Shown: piece by piece, positions 60,261 through 64,000 of the stretch
Position numbering within the stretch: position 1 is the first letter of the stretch
Layout of the letters: each line of letters begins with the position of its first letter
Assembly (NCBI RefSeq): GCF_048593235.1
Contig: NC_133620.1
Span: 372,153,261-372,217,260 of the forward strand
Direction: 5' to 3'
DNA: 64,000 bases
From: Sminthopsis crassicaudata
Taxonomy: Eukaryota
Position numbers and translations under genes: made by a program
The notes under the pieces: model-generated
Database searches by the model: none
Seen by the model: only the letters and a program-made list of their open reading frames with translations
What the model was told of the DNA's origin: nothing

Positions 60261-61677
60261 CTACAGAGAGAGGGAAACACTTAGAAGGAAGATCCAGCAG
60301 CTTATAGTGTAGGGAAAAGAGGGGTAACTGGAGGGAATGAAAACTAAATCAGTGTTGAGCACCTATTTCCTAGGCCAGACACAGAATACAGACATATGAA
60401 AAGAAACACATCAACAAGTACAGACTAATACAAATTGAGAATGTTGGGGGCTAATGGAGGAGAAAACTCAGGTACTAAAGTGGCTTATTTAAGGAAGGTA
60501 ATCAACTTGAAAGGGATTTTAACGTACTATTTTTTCTCTCTAGCTCATCTTACTAACTTCTGTCCATTGACAGAACTATCACACTTGAGTGAGGCAGGTT
60601 CCAAACTTAAGTAATTTTGACTCATTACTTTGCCCCGATATTCAATTATGAAGTACTATCCCTGTTTTTTTCCAAAGTGGTGTATTTCATAATTCAACAG
60701 TGGTATATTTCTTGACTTATTGATTCCTTTCATTACTATAGATTACTATCCACCAACACCTGATCTTGTGAGATTTTTTTCCCCCATATTCTAGGAAATA
60801 CCATCCCTGTATTACTCCCACTATCTGCCTTTTTTTGCTCTTGCTTACCAGCTACTAAATAGAGGTTAGAGGAAGTGAACAAACTGCTGAATCTACTGAA
60901 AATTTATGTAATCTAATTTCAACTGGGCTTTTACAGCCATATCACCAGTATCCATTCCAAATTTTCATCAGATCCTTGAGCCCTTCAATTTGCCAAGGCC
61001 ACCTCTTTTGCACACACCTTTGATCTTATATCTTCCCATTTTCATTAGCAGATTGCTCCCAGTGTCACTCTTTTATTTTTTTTCCAAACTCTTATTTTTC
61101 AGTAGCAAATCTCCCAAGCCTCCCCTATCTTTAAGAAAGAAATCCTCAATATCTTTGTTTCTATTGTTTTCTATTTTTCCATTTCTCTTTCAGCAGAACT
61201 TTTTAAAAGGCTTTAAAAAAAAAAAAAGGCTCTGCTTCATTTCGCTTCTAAACCTTGCAATCTGGCCTCCTACCCCATTCAATGTACAGTTTTTTCACTG
61301 CCCTTTGGGTTGCCTGAAATTTTTATTCAAAATGAGATTCTGATGGTTTGGGATTCATAGCTATATACAGAATAATGACAATATTGATACTTTAATTTTT
61401 TATTTTCCAAAAATCTCTTCCTCCTATCCAATTCCAGATTGAGTACATTATCCATCTGTAACACCTTTTCAAGAAAAACCTACAGGTGAATTAATTTAAT
61501 TGGTTTGTCAGTCTAAATCTGAGCAACATTTTTTAATTTGAAAGACACCAACAGAATTTTTTTTCTTTAAAAAAAAAAGTTTACTTTCTGATATTCAACT
61601 CTCCCTTTTTCCCTGTCACTAAACTCCTTCTTATAACAAAAAACAAAACAAAACAAACAAAAAAAAAAAAACAGTTG

Positions 61678-61800
61678 GGGCAGCTAGATGATACAGTGAA
61701 TACAGCTCTAGCCCTCGAGTCAGGAGAATCTGAGTTCAAATCTGGCCTCAGTGTGATCCTAGGCAAGTTACTTAATCCCAATTGCCTCTCAAAAAAGAAA
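61678..61800 (+). mobile_element. WSINE1-like SINE
   Basis: ggggcagctag...aattgcctc with an A-rich tail. Confidence 0.8.
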
Positions 61801-62849
61801 AAAGGAAAAATAATTAAGCTAAATCAAACGCATGGTAGCATACATATACAATATTCATTTCTCCTTATTCCCTGTTGCTGGGCAGCTGGGTGGTGCACAG
61901 CAAATAATTTATTGCACATTTAGTATGTACCAGGCACTGTGTAGTAATTGATGGGGTTACAAATATTGTGTAAACATTCTGAGAGGAGAAAGACAACATA
62001 CAGTGGGATCCAGGGAAAAATACTTTGGCCCAGAAAGTTACACAGATGGTGCATGAGATCACGAGACTGACAGCCTCGGATTGTGTGCCAGGGAAAAAGG
62101 CACTTTTGATTTTAATGTTTCTAGAACTGTGGATACAGTGTGGTTAGCCTATAGAGTGATATCACCTACAGAGCTGAATAGTGTGAAAGACATATTCCAA
62201 ATGTGAAGTAGGATGAGTCAAATTGAGATTTCCATCATTTTAAGAATCTATTTTCATTCCCCTTAAGCAATATGAATTGGGGAGGGGGCAACTGCACTGC
62301 CCACAAGCCTGGAAGAGCAGTGGGAAGGGGAACAGTCTAAGTAAGAACTTGGAGAGCAACATTTGGTGAGGAATGGGGGATATTGTATCTGTTGAAAAAG
62401 CCTGAACATATGCAATAAATATTCTGATAAATATTCTGGCGACCTGTGGGGTTAGCAGTACTTGGTTATCAGAATGCATAGTGTATGTTCTCAGTGACAA
62501 TGGTTACATGAATTGTACCAGATTGCCCAAGCCCTTCCATAGGTACTTTAGCAAAAATCTGAGATTTACATCAGACAGAATAGTGATCAAGAAATACAGT
62601 AAATAACTTCTACTCCACAAATGCACGGAAAGTCAGAAGGGGCTTTTAGCAAAGCTAGGGTCAACTCAGGTAAACAAACCAGTAGCCTTACACTACGACC
62701 AGAGGTGGATCAGAAATAGGAATAGCCAGTAAGTCTCTGTGTCTAGAGGTAGCAAGTGGAAATTCCTTCCCTGTCCCTATTAGAAAGCTCCAGTTGGATG
62801 GATGAAGAGCAAAGTGAAGAAAAAGATCTACCAATAACCTCCCAAAATA

Positions 62850-63230
62850 AAACCCAAAGGGAAAAATTCCAGGAATATGACAGCAAAAATCTGGGTCAAA
62901 TCTACATCAAAGAAAAAAAATATTGTAAATATCCAGAAAAGAACAATTCAAGTACCAAGAAACTAGTTAGGATCACACAAAACCTCACAGTTTCTATTAT
63001 CAATGCAAGAGGAAATCAAGGAATATAATATTCGAAAAGGCAAAAGATAGAAACTTAAAATCAAGAATAATTTACCTATAAAGCTGAGTAATAATCTTAC
63101 TAGGGAAAAATAGGTCTTAAATGTAACGGGGAACTTTTATGTATTTCTGATGAAAAGATCAGAATTGAGCAAGAACTTTAAAATGCAAACATAAGTCAAA
63201 AGAAACCTAGAAAGATCAATTTACTGGAGC
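62850..63230 (+). mobile_element. L1 ORF1 C-terminal remnant
   Basis: ggaatataatattcgaaaaggcaaaag...tatttctgatgaaaagatcagaattgag resembles the recalled marsupial L1 ORF1 end. Confidence 0.55.
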
Positions 63231-64000
63231 AAGGGGCTGCATGATGATGTGATGCTAACTTTCTCTTAAGGAAGAAGAAACAAGTATCTCTAGAATCTCA
63301 CTGTCTTCAAAGGATTACTAATGAAATTAAATAAGAAAAGCACAGCATGAAAAGATGACTGATGTGGTACTATAGGATTAGAGAGGGGAAAGAGGATGAA
63401 GGGAGGCAAAAAGGAATTCACTAATCTATAGAAAAGGTAGAAGAGGATAAAACATGCTCTTTCCTTTCTTTTTTCTTTTCTTTCTTTTTTTTTTTTTTAA
63501 GTTTTTATTTTCAAAACACATGCACAGGTAATTTTCAACATTTACTACTGGAAAAGTTCTAAATTTTTTTTTTTCTTCTTCCCTTCATCCTGCTCCCTCT
63601 CCTAGATAGCAAGCAATTCAATATATATTAAACATTTAAAATTCCTCCATATGTATTTCCATAATTATCATGCTGCACAAGAAAAATAAGATCAAAAAGG
63701 GGAAAATGAGAAAGAAAACAAAATCATGCTTTTTCTTATAACTGGGGTATATGAGCAGAATACACAAACATAGAAGAAGGAATAGAGGAATGAATATTAG
63801 AAAAACCTCAGTTTTATTTGAAATGAACAAAGAAGAGTTGACCATACCCTCTCCTTTCGCTGTACCTTATTATAGACAGACTCTCTCAGAAAATTGACAG
63901 GTTCCTTTCAAGCCCAGCTCATCCCAGGCCTTTTCTGATTTTCCAGATGCTAGGATCTCTCCACCAGATGCCTACCCATATATGTATTATTTCTCCGATA

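Noticed and set aside
61865-62500. Candidate further upstream NUP210L exon
   Set aside because: No frame matches the expected preceding sequence (recalled as ...DIPASKVFQVHSDF...). The next exon probably lies beyond the window.

Overview
Vertebrate genomic DNA, most likely from a dasyurid marsupial. The species group is inferred from WSINE1-type SINEs, marsupial L1 3' ends and an OC1-like hAT MITE; I cannot name the species. The window holds the conserved gene block syntenic with human 1q21.3: SLC39A1 (5' end only, -), CREB3L4 (+, 9 coding exons, 389 aa), JTB (-, 5 exons, 161 aa), RAB13 (-, 8 exons, 203 aa), RPS27 (+, 4 exons, 84 aa) and the last five exons of NUP210L (-). I assembled the exons by hand with GT-AG boundaries and consistent phases. 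Intergenic space is expanded by two defective endogenous retroviruses, solo LTRs, L1/L2/CR1/RTE fragments, SINEs and MITEs. The most unusual object is a 3.3-kb betaretrovirus-like gag-only element (44216-47508). It has a perfect 6-bp target-site duplication but two non-matching LTRs, two tandem tRNA-Lys primer sites, and ends in a perfect 28-bp terminal inverted repeat, so the same U5 end is present at both termini. Other notable points are a 455-nt AG-free zone before RAB13 exon 4, a G-rich minisatellite in RAB13 intron 1, an L1 fragment beside the RPS27 CpG island with strongly AT-to-GC biased divergence, and a class I ERV abutting the JTB promoter whose 3' LTR has lost its TATA box. Repeat family names and comparisons with human proteins come from recall, not database searches.
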